This document shows positions 50,389-63,862 of a stretch of DNA of 64,000 bases, in pieces; the first letter of the stretch is position 1; each line of letters starts with the position of its first letter. The DNA comes from Octopus sinensis (lineage: Eukaryota). The DNA is taken from NCBI RefSeq assembly GCF_006345805.1, contig NC_042998.1, forward strand, positions 121,210,001-121,274,000, read 5' to 3'. A program made the translations under genes and the position numbers. The notes beneath the pieces were generated by a model, which was given only the letters and a program-made list of their open reading frames with translations, was not told where the DNA came from and searched no databases.

Positions 50389-51494
50389 GTAAATCTACTA
50401 TAACAATACTCTGGTGTTTTTTTCTGTCACAACATATGAATGAGAAAGAAAGGGGGTGAAAGAGGAATAAGGAAGGAAGGGGTGATGTCAAACTGGTTGT
50501 GAGAGCGTTTCAACTCTGTGTGAGTATTTATGTGGGTATGTAAAAAGGAGGTATGTCAATGTTTGTGTATATGTGTGTGCAATGAAAGTGGGATGAATAT
50601 TCAATGCTCAAAAGAAAAATCAAACAGCGTTTCAACTCTGTGTATTTGGTATTTACTTGCCAGCTCCTGTATTTAATCACAGCCAGCTATATATATAGGA
50701 CAGAATTTAGGTACGACTGGGTAGTTAAGAAGATTGTTTCACAACTATGTAGTCCTGAGCTCACATCCACTGGATGTCACCTTCAGAAAATGTCTTTTAC
50801 TGTGACCTCTGGTCAGCTGAAGCATTGTGAGTACAATTAAATGGATGAGAAATGTGTAGAAACTTCTCAGATGGACTGTATCTATTATTCAAGTATTCAG
50901 AGTTTATGTATCTGTGGGTTACTCAGCCACTTCACATGCTTATTCAATCTGTATGTTGTTCAGCTGATTGAACGATGGGATAAATGGGAGAGAATATGTG
51001 TGAGGCTGTGTGTATTTGTGTGACTCATTGAGGTGTATGTTACAAACTAGGACAGTTTAACAGGGTTTTTTTATTTTTTACTTTTTTCTTTTAAATTTAG
51101 ATATTTACAAAAAAAGAGGATGGGCCACTAATACTTCAGCAACTTGATACAATTCGTTTGCTACTCTTATACATATGTATATGTGTGTGTGTATGCATAG
51201 TGAAAGAGTGTGGCTAAGCAGTTAGGGTATTCAGCTCACAATCATAAAGCCATGAGTTCAATTCCCGGTGATGTATTGTGTCCTTGAGCAAGACACTTTA
51301 TTTCATGTTTTTCTAGTCCACTCATCTGGCAAAAATATGTAGTACCTGTATGACACTTTGTATCGTTCTGAATCTCCCTGAGAACTACATTAAGGGTATG
51401 TGTATCTGTAGAGTGCTCAGCCATTTGCATGTTAACTTTACAAGCTGGCTGTTCCATTGCCCAACTGGAATCCTCATTATTGTAACTGACAATA

Positions 51495-51954
51495 TATATA
51501 TGCATGCATGCATGCATGCATGTATGTATGTATGTATGTATGTATGTATGTATGTATGTATGTATATATATATATGCATGTATGTATGTATGTATATATA
51601 TATATATATATATGTATGCATGTATGTATATATATATATGTATGCATGTATGTATATATATATATGTATGCATGTATGTGTATATATATATATGTATGCA
51701 TGTATGTATATATATATATGTATGCATGTATGTATATATATATATATATATGTATGCATGTATGTATGTGTATATATATATATATATGTATGCATGTATG
51801 TATGTATATATATGTATGCATGTATGTATGTATATATATGTATGCATGTATGTATGTATATATATATATATGTATGCATGTATGTATGTATATATATATA
51901 TATGTATGTATGCATGTATGTATGTATATATATATATGTATGTATGCATGTATG

Positions 51955-51988
<34 letters not shown>

Positions 51989-52095
51989 CATGTATGTATG
52001 TATGTATATATATATTATATATATATATAATATGCATGTATGTATATAATATATATATATATGTATTATATATATATATATATATATTATATATG

Positions 52096-52126
<31 letters not shown>

Positions 52127-52165
52127 TGCATGTATGTATATATATATATATATATATGCATGTAT

Positions 52166-52210
<45 letters not shown>

Positions 52211-52680
52211 TATATAATGTATGTATATATATTATATATATATATATATATCATGTATGTATATATATATATCATGTATGTATATATATATCATGTATGT
52301 ATATATATATCATGTATGTATATATATATCATGTATGTATATATATATCATGTATGTATATATATATCATGTATGTATATATATATCATGTATGTATATA
52401 TATATCATGTATGTATATATATATATATATGCATGTATGTATATATATATATATATGCATGTATGTATATATATATATATATGCATGTATGTATATATAT
52501 ATATATATATGCATGTATGTATATATATATATGCATGTATGTATATATATATATGCATGTATGTATATATATATATGCATGTATGTATATATATATATGC
52601 ATGTATGTATGTATGTATATATATATATATGTATGTATGTATGTACCTGTATCCTGTCCTATGTATACATACATATGAGC
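51495..52680. repeat. Long compound (TA)/(TATG)/(TGCA) microsatellite-minisatellite
   Basis: Read directly; higher-order units such as atcatgtatgtatatatat. Confidence 0.95.
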
Positions 52681-53369
52681 ACACACACACATATAGTTTT
52701 TTTATTCTCTGTTTATTTCCTCGTGTTCTTTTCTGTTGAAGAGCCTAGGCTCGAAGTATAAAAGACTTTCTCACCTTCCCGAGTGTCAAACTAATACACC
52801 TGCTTCTTTATACATCTTTTGTTTTTCTGTAAATTTCAACTATATATATGTTCGTATATAATCATGTATATGTACTCTCCCCTACTCTCTCTTATACTTT
52901 TGCTGCTTCTTGCTCTTTCTGTCTCTCTTTCCTTTGATCTTCCTTTTGGCTGGGCAGCCATGTATTTCCTGTATAGCAGCACACCTATTTCTGTCTTCAT
53001 TTTTGCTCACTTTCTCTCCCCCCCTTCTCTTGTTTTTCATCTGACTAGGTTACCAAGTATCTCCTTTACATCATCACACCTGTTTCTGTCTTCTTTCTTG
53101 TTCCTCCCTCTCTCTCTCTCTCTTGCTCTCTCCCCCTCTCTCTCCCTCTGTAACCATGTACCTCCTCTATAGTAAGACACCTATTTCTGCCTCTCTATTT
53201 CTCTGTCACACTCTAACCTTTCATCATCTGATATAGGATTACCCTCTCCAATGCCCCCCCCCCTTGTAGCAAGATACCTGTTTCTGCCCCTCTGTCTCTC
53301 TGTCACACTCTAACCTTTCATCCTCTGACACAAGTTCCCCTCCTCAAATGCCCCTGCCCCTCTCATAAT

Positions 53370-53692
53370 TCCTTTTCTTGCGAGTTACCTGGTGACCCTG
53401 CCAGTGCTTCTTCCAGGTAAAAAGCATCCAATCCATACTGTAAAGTGGTTGGCATTTGGAAGGGCATCCAGCTGTAAAAATCATGCCAAAACTAACCTCG
53501 CCTGTGTTAGTGTCACATAAAAAGTACTGAGTCCACTCCACAAAGAGGTTGGTGCCAGGAAGGGCATCCAGCCATAAAAACCCTGCCAAAACGGACACAG
53601 TAGCCTTGCGTAGTTTTGTACCTGGCTGGCTCCTGTCAACCATCCTACCCATGCATGCACGGGAGACAGACATCAAACGATGATGATGATGA
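53370..53692 (+). mobile_element. RTE-family 3' UTR fragment with (GAT)n tail; minus-strand copy at about 62765-63125
   Basis: Duplicated ggttgg..ggaagggcatccagc motif; acccatgc..aaacgatgatgatgatg. Confidence 0.7.
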
Positions 53693-53995
53693 CAATTATG
53701 TATGTGTGTGTTTGTGTGTGTGTGTGTGGTATATCCTTAATATTGTAGATTTTTCTTCCTTATTTTAAACTTTAGTTTCAGTTTGTTATATGCACACTTC
53801 TCTGTCAATCTGTCTTTCTGAGTGTTTGTTAGTTTACTTCTCTGCTTGTTTCTCCTTTCCCACAGCACTAATGTTTTCTAATTGTGTATTGTTCTCTAAT
53901 AAACTCTTTTATCTGTCTTTCTGTATTTGTTCATCTCGTGTCTCTCTTCTTATCTCTCCCCACTACTCTCTGATCCTTTGTCATGTATTCTTCAG

Positions 53996-54096
53996 GAACC
54001 CAGTGGATTGAGGTTAGTCCTCCTTCAGCCTCAGCCAAATTGATGCAAGTTGCTGTTGGTAAAGACACAGTGTGGGCCCTCAGTAGGGACGGACAG
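53996..54096 (+). CDS. TECPR1: TECPR1 coding exon 6
   Basis: ttcag|(G)TQWIEVSPPSASAKLMQVAVGKDTVWALSRDGQ|gtaaga; 101 nt, phase 1/0. Confidence 0.95.
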
Positions 54097-54699
54097 GTAA
54101 GAATCTATTTTATTCTCATGCAGAGGTATTATGTATATTGGCTCAATGAGATTAGAACAGTAATTGGTTACATGTATTTATCACTCTTCACTCTTAATTA
54201 GATATCTTGTCTGATCTGTAATTTTCTCTTGAGACTACCCGTCTAATCAACTGTAAATATTTTAAGCACTTATAATAAAAACACGTTATTATCAGCAATG
54301 TTCATCATGAGAATTGTGCCACTACCTTCCTTTGGTCAGAAAGGGCAGGCAGTTTTCCTTTATCAGGTGGTTATGATGAAAGAGGTTGTATAGTGATCAA
54401 GATTGAAAAGAATGAAGATAGTCTTTCCTTTATAGTCAAATTGAAAGGTGGATGAGAGTGGTGAGTATGATCTGAGTGAAAGACGCTACCATTAGCATAT
54501 ACTTATAAGCTGGAGAACATAGCTAGAAGAGTGCATTTGTCATTAGTAGTTTTTGACTACCTTCACTTGATAATCAGAATACCGAGTGGTAGAATTAATG
54601 GTGTTCCAGCTGTGACCATCTCTTCCTTCTCCTCCTCTACCTCCATCTCCTCTTTGTGTTGTTCTTGATGATGATGATGATGATGATGGTGTAGTGCAG

Positions 54700-56035
54700 G
54701 ACAAAAGATGCTATAAGTACTTTTAAAAGAATTTGAGGAAGATATCGCTACTGTTTGGCACATCAAGCAGATACAGTTTGGGGTGGTAGTGATCCCTAAG
54801 CTTCTATATTTACTCAGAGTCAGCTCATCTTACCAGTTCCCATCATGCCTCCAATGCTTTGACAACCTAATCTTTGAGAGACTCCAATGCTTAGTCAATG
54901 TCAGACTCTTTCCAACATCCCGCAATCAGGCTGCATTGCCCAAGCGATTTGGAGGTCTTGGTCTTCATAAGTGTTCGTCTCTCTCTCTCTCTCCCCAGAT
55001 TCCCATCCTCCACCCACACCTGCTCCGCCCTTGTGAACATCTTCTCCAACATAGATCAGTTCCAACAGGTAGTTGGATGAAGCTCTCCAACACTGGAGGG
55101 AATTGAACTTGTCTGCTCCTGAGAAGGTGGAGGATTGTCGGAGTCAGAGAGCTTGGGAGAACATAATTTCAAAGCCCACCTTCGACTCCCTCATCATCCA
55201 ATTGGACCAGTTTTCAAGGTGCCGCTTACTGTCTGTTAGCGCCAGATACCCAGGTGATTGAACTGATGCTTGGACAAACTTCGTGTCTCCATTGCCCTCA
55301 GAGTGGGAGCTGATGTATGCATGGGTTTGATCTGTTGTTGTGGCAGGCTCCTCGACTCCTCAGGCCTCCATGGCCTTTCTTGCTGCCTGAATGCTGGTCA
55401 CTTCACACGTCATATGGAGTTGAACCTGATACTCAAGAGGAGCTTGGCCTGGGCAAACATCCCCTCCATTTTGGAACCATCTGGATTGTCCAGATGTGAT
55501 GGGAAGCGACCTAACAGCCTCACCCTGTGCCACTGGTTGCAAGACAGATGTCTTGTCTGGGATGTCATTGTTAGTGACGCCTTTGCTTCTTCTCACATCC
55601 TGGATGTTGTGGTCAGGACAAGATCCACAGCTTCTGCAGCCAAGCGGAACAAAATCTTGAAATAATCTGTCAGCCAACTACATTTTCCATCCTGTGGCGT
55701 TCGAGACATTTGGTGGGGTTGGACCACTAACTGTGAGATTCCTGTCTCCAGTGGCAAATCGCCTTGCAGAGGTAACTGGTGAGGCTCATGAGGATGCTTG
55801 GCTGTTCCAGTGCATCAGCCTCGCCATCACCCATGGTAACGCTGCAAGCATGCTGGCATGCTTCAATAGCCATTAGAAAGGTTTCCCAGTGCCCCCAACT
55901 TTTCAATCCTAGGTGGTGAATTGTTTTGTTTTTCCTTTTTTCTCTTTTTTTCTTTTTCCAATTGTGTTCACTGTTTTGTCCAGTTTTCTAGTTTGATTTT
56001 GTAAAACGGTAAGCACTGTGGAGGCAATAAAAACT
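54700..56035 (+). mobile_element. CRE-like non-LTR retrotransposon 3' portion (REL endonuclease)
   Basis: LPKRFGGLGL, CCCGRLLDSSGLHGLSC (zinc knuckle), TRHMELN, EPSGLSRCDGKRPN, VWDV, PVAFETFG; AATAAA near 56026. Confidence 0.8.
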
Positions 56036-57064
56036 CTCAGTTAATTCTGAGTGAGTTGACATGATAAAAGGAATTCTGCTCATGATCACCTCATCTTTTT
56101 CTATAACATAGTGTAAGACTATCCAATGTGTCTTTCCTGTTTTAGACAGTAGGTGCTATTTGAGTGTTGTTAGGTTGTCATTTCTAATAAGTTGGAGGTT
56201 GTGGTAATAGTAGTATTGATGATGGTAGAATATAAAATAGAAAGGTAAACTTTGATGACTTGACTGTTAATTGCTGGAGGCTGATAACTATGTAGAAGCT
56301 TCTTCTTGACTCATTCTAAAGCACTAAACTGTCTGAACAACTAGCAGTTCTGTCATTTATAATTAGCAACATAAAACCAATGGCACTATATACATTATCT
56401 ACCAAACACAATGCTCATAAAGATAACAAAATAACAGCCCTTGGCTGACAAAGCAAATAGTATTACATTCAGAAATCTACACTGAATGGATATTTAGTTT
56501 ATAAATCAACAATGAATGGGTTATAAATTAATGATGAATATTTGGGTTATAAATCCATAATTAACGGATATTTGATTTTGAATGAATTTTTTTGTAAATC
56601 AAGTGTGATAAGGAAATGAGATTTTAAAAATTCGTTATACTATTTGCATTTCACGAGATTTATTCAAAATACATAAAATTTTCAAAAATATTTAATATAT
56701 TTTAAAAATAGACTATTTTGGAGAAAGTGGAAATAGTTGTATTGGGAAGGTTATGGTATTAGTAGTTTACTGGAAATAATGTTGTCGTATCTCAGCAATG
56801 ATGTCAGTGTCTGTTATTCTGCAGTTCAGTGTTCCTGAGAACAAATCTAAATAATGGTGGAATGAAAGCTGTGAAAGATTTAAATATATTGATCCAGTTT
56901 CCAGATAAAAAATATGTTTCATTCTTGTTCTTGATTTAAATAATATAATATATATCCATGTGCTGTATACGTTTGTGTATAGAGGGAAGGATGTATTGTG
57001 TATGCATAAATATAATGCATGTGTTTGCATATGTAATGCATATGGATAAATATGTGTGTATGTG

Positions 57065-58200
57065 TCATCATTATCATCATCATCGTTTAACATCCGCTTT
57101 CCATGCTGGCATGGGTTGGATGGTTTGACTGGGGGATGGCAAGCCAGAAGGCTGTACCAATCTCCAGTCCCATCTGGCAAAGTTTCTACAGCTGGATGCC
57201 CTTCCAAATGCCAACCACTCTGAGAGTGTATTGGGTGCTTTTTACGTTTACAAGCAGCATCCACCATGCTTGAATGGTGTCACTGGCATGGGTGTCAGTC
57301 AGGTGGCACTGGCAACAATCATGCTCGAATGGTGCCACTGGCATGGGGGCCAGTCAGGTGACACTGGCAACAATCATGCTTGAATGGTGCTTTTAATGTG
57401 CCACTGGAACTGGTGCCAATTAGGCAGTACTGTCATCAGCCACAACAACGATTTCACTTGCCTCAACAGGTCTTCGCAAGCGTTTATTGCCCAGTAATTG
57501 AAGGTACTCTTAAATGGGCTGGTTAAGCTGCACTGGCATAGGCCATGGTTACGGGAACTCACTTGGTTTGCTGGGTCTTCTCAAGCACAGCATTTCTCCA
57601 AAGGTCTTGGCCATTTGTCATTGCCTCGGCGAGGCCCAATGTTCGAAGGTCGTGCTTCACTATCTCATTCCAGATCTTCCTAGGTCTATCTCTTCTACAG
57701 GTTCCCTCTACTGCTAGGGTGTGACACTTTTTCACACAGCTGTCCTCATCCATATGCAACACATGACCATACCAGCACAGCCGTTTCTCTTGCACACCAC
57801 ATCTGATGCTTCTGAAGTCCAACTTTTCTCTGTGTGCTTACACTCTGTTGTGTATGCACACTGACACTACACATCCAGCAGAGCATACTAGCTTCATTCC
57901 TTGCAAGCTTATGCATGTCCTCAGCAGTCACAGCCTATGTTTCACTGCCATGTAGCATGGCTGTTTGCACACATGCATCATACAGTCTACCTTATACTCT
58001 GAGCGAGAGGCCTTTGTCACCAGTAGAGGTAGGAGCTCTCTGAACTTTGCCCAGGCTATTCTTATTCTAGTGGCTACACTTTCAGAGCACCCACCCCAGC
58101 TACAGACTTGGTCACCTAGGTTATGTATATATATATCAACTACTTGCAGTTTTTCCCCCTGTAATGTGACGGAAGTTGTTTTCTGCACATTTTCAGAAAA
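57065..58200 (-). mobile_element. Degraded RTE LINE 3' portion
   Basis: Same family as 33220-35095 (VTLQGEKLQVVD..AWAKFRELLPLL..WYGHVLHM). Confidence 0.9.
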
Positions 58201-58778
58201 GTCTGGTGAACGTGGAAGGTATTCAATGAAACCCCTTTGTCCAATCCACCTGTTTGGCAGGATCTCATCATGGAAGGATCTAACATAGTTAATGGTAGTG
58301 CTGGGGTGCCCAGTCTTCCTGAAAATAAAACTCCCCATCTTTAAAGTCTTCTCTAATGCGTTGGACAGATGATTTTGGAATACCTACCTCATGACTCACT
58401 TGCCTCACAGATGTTTTTGGACTTTGGTGATATGTTTCCAGTATTCCTTCTTGCTTTGTGAGAGTTGTTGATGTTCGTGGTTTTCTGGAATGCTTCTTAT
58501 GGACATTCTGAACTGTTCCATCAGCTCCAAACTTATCTCTAATTCAAGTGGTGGTGAGTCACATTGGTGGATCTATTTGAAACTCCCTCCTAAACTGTCT
58601 TTGCACTTCAACTGCATTTTCACATTTCCAGTAGCATTTTAGAATGAATTTCCTTTGTTTAGAGCTTAGTCTGACTGTCATCATTAATTCCAAAGTGTTT
58701 CATCTGAAAAGAAAAACAACATTAATTGAGTTATCAGCTGCTAAAGTGTGTATACATTTTTTTGGGACACCCTGTATA
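58200..58778 (-). mobile_element. Tc1/mariner relic (CAGGGTG-type terminus), internally deleted
   Basis: Terminus TA-cagggtgtcccaaaaaaatgtatacacacttt; peptides KFGADGTVQNVHK..RKPRTS..SPKTSVRQ and PNRWIGQRGFIEYLPRSPD (WPPRSPD-like motif). Confidence 0.75.
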
Positions 58779-59027
58779 CACACACACACACACATATACA
58801 CGCACATATATATCAATACCAAATGCTGTGTCAACATAATTTCAATTCTAAATTTGAACGATTTAACTGTACATATACTTCTAACACTGTTGAGAAAACC
58901 ATGAACAATACAATTCCTATTCTCCTTCATTCTACAGGGTGTTTGTTCTTTTCTCAAAAGAAGCTAATAAATACCTCTGTACATAAATAATCATTATTTG
59001 GCACATACTGACTGCTCTGTGTTTCAG

Positions 59028-59150
59028 GTATGGTTCCGCAAGGGAATAAGGGAAAGTGATGTTGAAAACGACTTATCTGCTGTCACTGGAACAATTTGGG
59101 TAGAGATGGTTGGTCTTATGTCAGTAATATCTGTTGGACCAAATGACCAG
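59028..59150 (+). CDS. TECPR1: TECPR1 coding exon 7
   Basis: tttcag|VWFRKGIRESDVENDLSAVTGTIWVEMVGLMSVISVGPNDQ|gtaaac; 123 nt. Confidence 0.95.
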
Positions 59151-60904
59151 GTAAACCACAGATTTTATACCTAATATTACTTCTGACTTTTATCAACAAA
59201 TACTAATAGTTAATATGTTTTAAGTAACAATTTCAAAACATAATTCACTGTTGAAAATGTCATTTCATGTTCTTCAATAAGGAAAGGTTGTTTTGTTTCT
59301 TTTATTATTATCTTCTCTAGAAAAGGATAAAAATGTGTCCTTGATCTTTTCAGATTTTCCCAGACAAAAGACATCTATACAAATGACGTTCAACTTCAAT
59401 TTCTGTAGATTGATGTCTGTAGTGAAAGTGTGGGTAGCAGAATGAATATAGACAACTGCATGTCCAGGAAGCAATGAATGTGGAAAATGTTTGGTGTAGG
59501 GTGAGACAGTAGGAGTGGTAATATGAGAAGAAAGGAGGGTTACATCTTGTGGGTTGGATAGGTTTTGAGTTTGAAAGAGCAGAAGCCATTATAATGGTAG
59601 AAGAAACAGAATATCTGTGAACCAGAAGTGAATGGACTTTACAGGGATACCTTCTAAGATATGTGTGTAACAACTACTGCCCCAGGGGCTCACACTTGTA
59701 TATTGATTAAAATTAATATAAGAAAACTGATTTTATTTTAAATTCTCAAATAGTTGTTTTTGCTCAGTATTGAAACTGTCTATTTTCTGATTAGTCAGTA
59801 TTAAATCTAGCATAAAGCTATTACCTTGAAGCTTGCTCAGCTTTTGCACCATGAACACTGCCCTGTGTCATCCAACACTGTATAGCGTCATTCAAGACTA
59901 TATAGTGACACTCAACTCAGCACTGTGTCTCCCATTATAACGAGTTAAAACACTGTCTTTATATCATTTGTTCTGAAATAGCCATTCTCTCTGTATCTTC
60001 TGTAATTATTTATGACATTTCCAGTGTTCACTGAAGAAATAAGGTAGTGTAATCAAGTTACTCCATTTGTTGTTCATACAACACATGTTCAAATTCTGCT
60101 TCAGGCATTAATATATTGGACTTCATATGGACATAGAATGCCTGATAAAATGCCTTGAAGTATTTCTTCATGCTCTTTACATTCTAAGTTCAAATCCTGA
60201 CGTGGTCCACTTTGCCTTTCATCCTTCTGAGGTCAATAAAATAAAGTCCCAGTTAAGTATTTGGTCTATGGTATTAAGTAACCCACTTCCTTCAAAATTT
60301 CTAGTCTTGTGCCTGAATTACAAACATTTATATGTAGGCCTCATTTATTTCATTGCTCTCAACAAGAATATAGGACTGCACGTATTTAGTATTGCATCAA
60401 CCATAAAATATTAATATCATTATATTTAAGTGAAGAAATGGCAATGGATGGATTATTAACATTGTTGTTTAGTCCTCTTGATTACTAATCTGTGATCAAA
60501 GTTTCAACTTTGATCAACCTATCTTTCTATAACTTTGACTATGTTTTCTAAAATACCCCCTTTTTTTTTTAAGAAAATAAGGTGTAAATGAGGTGATTTG
60601 GCTTCTATTTCTAACAGGTAATGTAACCATGTAAGAGGCTCCCTCATTGATTTATGTGACAATGCTTAGTTGATTAAGTGACAATAGGCACAGGCTTGGC
60701 TGTGTGGTTAAGAAGTTCACTTCACAGCCACTTGTTTTACATGTTTGATTTCACTGCATGCAACATCTGGGGAAAGTATCTTCTACCATAGCCTCAGGTT
60801 CAAATGTATTTAGAACACACTGCTGGATGAGGGATGACCAAGTGCTAAACAACAACCAGTACAATATATTCTCTTATCATTCTAATATTTCTGTTCCATT
60901 TCAG

Positions 60905-62117
60905 GTTTTTGGAATTGGATTAAACAGTGAGGCTGTTTATTTTCGATTTGGAGTGAAACCAGATGAATTGAGTGGCAAAACTTGGCAACCGTTACAGATT
61001 AATTTACCTCCTGACAGACATTCCATTTCTGATACAGATAGCATCAGTGCTGCCTTTCTTGGACACAGTTCTTCGGTAGACAACAGCTTTGACATCACTG
61101 GTTCCACCCCTTGTGTCAATCTAGATGAAAACTCTGCCGAATGTGCTACATTTTATTCGCATCAAATGATCCGAGAACAACTTTTTGGTAATGACTATAG
61201 TTACCCTCCTATGGTTGGGGGATCCTTACCAGGTCGTTTTACAAACATAACAGAACAGAGTTCTTCTGAGTCCCTCATGTCCCGAAGTGAGGGTAGTATT
61301 TGGTATGAAGGTACCAGCTGCAAAACCAGTATTTACAATCCATCAGATATTGAAAATCTACACATGAGTACATCACAAACCACACCTACCCATCATGTAG
61401 CTGGGGGCAAGATAATTGCTCAGAAAGATAGTGATGAGGAAAGAACTAAAGAGAAAGAAGTGTGCATCTGTAAAGTATCTGAACAGACTGCTACAGATGA
61501 TAGCAAATTCAAAGCTGATGACCGTTTTGATGTTACGTTAAAGATTTGTCCTGTGTGTCACAAAGTAGTTTATAAGAAGTTTTTCCAGTCCAACTTGTTA
61601 GATTCTCATGAGGAGTGTTCAGAGAAGACGACAAATCCAACTAAAGACACTTCGGATGTTATTTTAAATTTTGTCACAGATTTACTGGATGAAGAAGAAA
61701 GTGGAACAACAGGTGAAAGCTCAAGTGATGTCAGTTGTGAAGCCTTAGAAACTTCTGCCTCAAGTGGCTTCTCTATCCCTCCAGTTGATTATGTGACCTG
61801 CAACTCAGTTGACCCTCTTATCATTGAAGACATGCCACTGTTTATGAGTGAAGAACTTAAAAAAAAAGAAAATAGCTCAAACCAATCAAAGCCAACAAGA
61901 GACCAAGCTAAATGTTCAGTGGATGAAATTTCAAAATCTAAAAATCAGCCAGAACAATCTCGAGTTCCAGAATCAGCAATTATTCCATATCGACGAACTG
62001 ATGAAGAACAAGATATATTTTCTGGAGATTCAGAAAAGTTGACATGGCGTTGGGTGTCTGCGATGTCCTGTCTAATTGATAAACCATCATCAGTGTGTTG
62101 GTTATCTGCATCAAGAC
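60905..62117 (+). CDS. TECPR1: TECPR1 coding exon 8 (end of first propeller plus long acidic/Ser-rich linker)
   Basis: tttcag|VFGIGLNSEAVYFRFGVKPDELSGKTW...WRWVSAMSC..WLSASR-C|gtaagt; 1213 nt open, ends in phase 1. Confidence 0.9.
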
Positions 62118-63862
62118 GTAAGTTATCTTTTGAACTTCAGACTAATATATTTCTTTACTCAAAGTGTGTTGGCTTGTGTGAGCATGTGTTTGTGTGCTTT
62201 AATTTGGACGTCAAACACATAATTAAGGTTACATACAGACAATCTCATTCCAAAGAGACTGCAATTATAGGGCATGTTAAATATAATACATGTACATACT
62301 CACATGTGTATTATTATTCTTTTCCCCTTTCACTTTTTCTATGCTTGTATAGTTTGAACAAGAGTTATTGAGGCTGTATTCTACAGTAAGATGCTCTTCC
62401 AATAATAGCCAGTCCTCACTTGCTTTTCAAGAAAGGTATTGTTATTCCACTGGTTTTCACATCCCAATCACATTCTTTCAGATTCAGCTCCACTGAGAAT
62501 CACCTTTCCAAATAAGTAGTGAAATAACTCTCTTTTCCTCCTGCCTTTCAAATAGCATTTTAATATTTATATGATCACAATAAGTAAACAATGAAATTAC
62601 ATTTAAGAATTTATAAAAACAAATTAGAAAATAGTAAAATATTTTTAATGGAACACATTTTCCACCATTGATACCAGTTTGCAAAATTTGAAAAAGGCTG
62701 GTAACATGATTGAACAAAAATAACAGATAAATTTCAAATACAGTTTTGGATAGAACATATATATATCATCATCAACATCATCTTTTAATGTCCACCTTCT
62801 ATACTGGCATGAGTTGGACAGTTTGATTGAGGACTGGCAAGCCAGGAGGCTGTGCCAGGCTCTAATCTGTTCTGGCAAGGTTTCTACAGCTGGATGCTCT
62901 TCCTAACGCCAACCATTCTGAGAGTGTAGTGGGTGCTTTTTACCTGTCACAAGCACAGGGTCCAGTCAGGTGGCACTAGCAACAACCACGCTCAAATGGT
63001 GCTTTTTACATGCCAGTCAGGTGGCACTGGTATCGGCCACGACAACGATTTCACTTGACTCAATAGATCTTCTCAAGCACAGCATATTGCCCAACGATTA
63101 GAGGGTACTTTTAAACAGGTCAGTCAGCCACACACACACACATTTGTTTTGTTCCTTTTTGGCCTGTTTTTCCATGCTTGGATGAATATGATATTTGAGA
63201 CATTGTTTTATGGCCAGGCACATTCCTGATGCTAATTCTTAGCTGTTTTTTAAAGTTAATGGTCGCTTACTCAACATGGCTTTGAAGGCATGAAGTGTCC
63301 AGACAAATTTTTAACAATAAAAACTGTTATTGAATGCTGAAGCTTCTTAATTGTAACTTGGTTTAATATTCCTGATTACTCTTTTACTTGTTCTGACCCA
63401 AGGCCTATGGCCATGTTCAAACATTGGAATAATTGGAAACATGAAATTCAGGGTTAATGATGAAATTAACCCTTGCAAGATTTGAATTTGGGGTGTAACT
63501 AAATACTGCTAATTATTTTGTCAGTCACTCTCAAATTTACAATACCACAACACCCTGCTCCACCCCCAACAACGTCACCATCAATGACAATATTAGTATA
63601 TTTATAATGAAGGCAACCAGCCATCCTTTCATAGAGATTAGATCTGTACTAAACTGAATCCACTTTATGTAGTCACTTGATCTGCTACAAATAGCAGCTA
63701 AATCTCCCTCAATCATAGTTGTGCTGGGTCAGTTCTGACCTGGAGCTAAGCATCAACAGTCATTTCCAGTGCTTTGTACAAATTTTAGGAATCTAATCTA
63801 TATTTTGTCAACTTAATCACTGATATAGACTAGATTTAATATTCTTGAATTATCTCTTGCAG

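Noticed and set aside
51242-52761. Long ORFs of up to 417 aa rich in Y/I/C/M/V/H/T (also at 24949-26710, 32063-33011 and 35859-36662)
   Set aside because: These are translations of (TA)/(TATG)/(TG) microsatellites, open in several frames on both strands; not genes.
60758-62371. 537-aa ORF as a stand-alone gene
   Set aside because: It is TECPR1 exon 8 (60905-62117) with read-through into flanking intron and SINE sequence.
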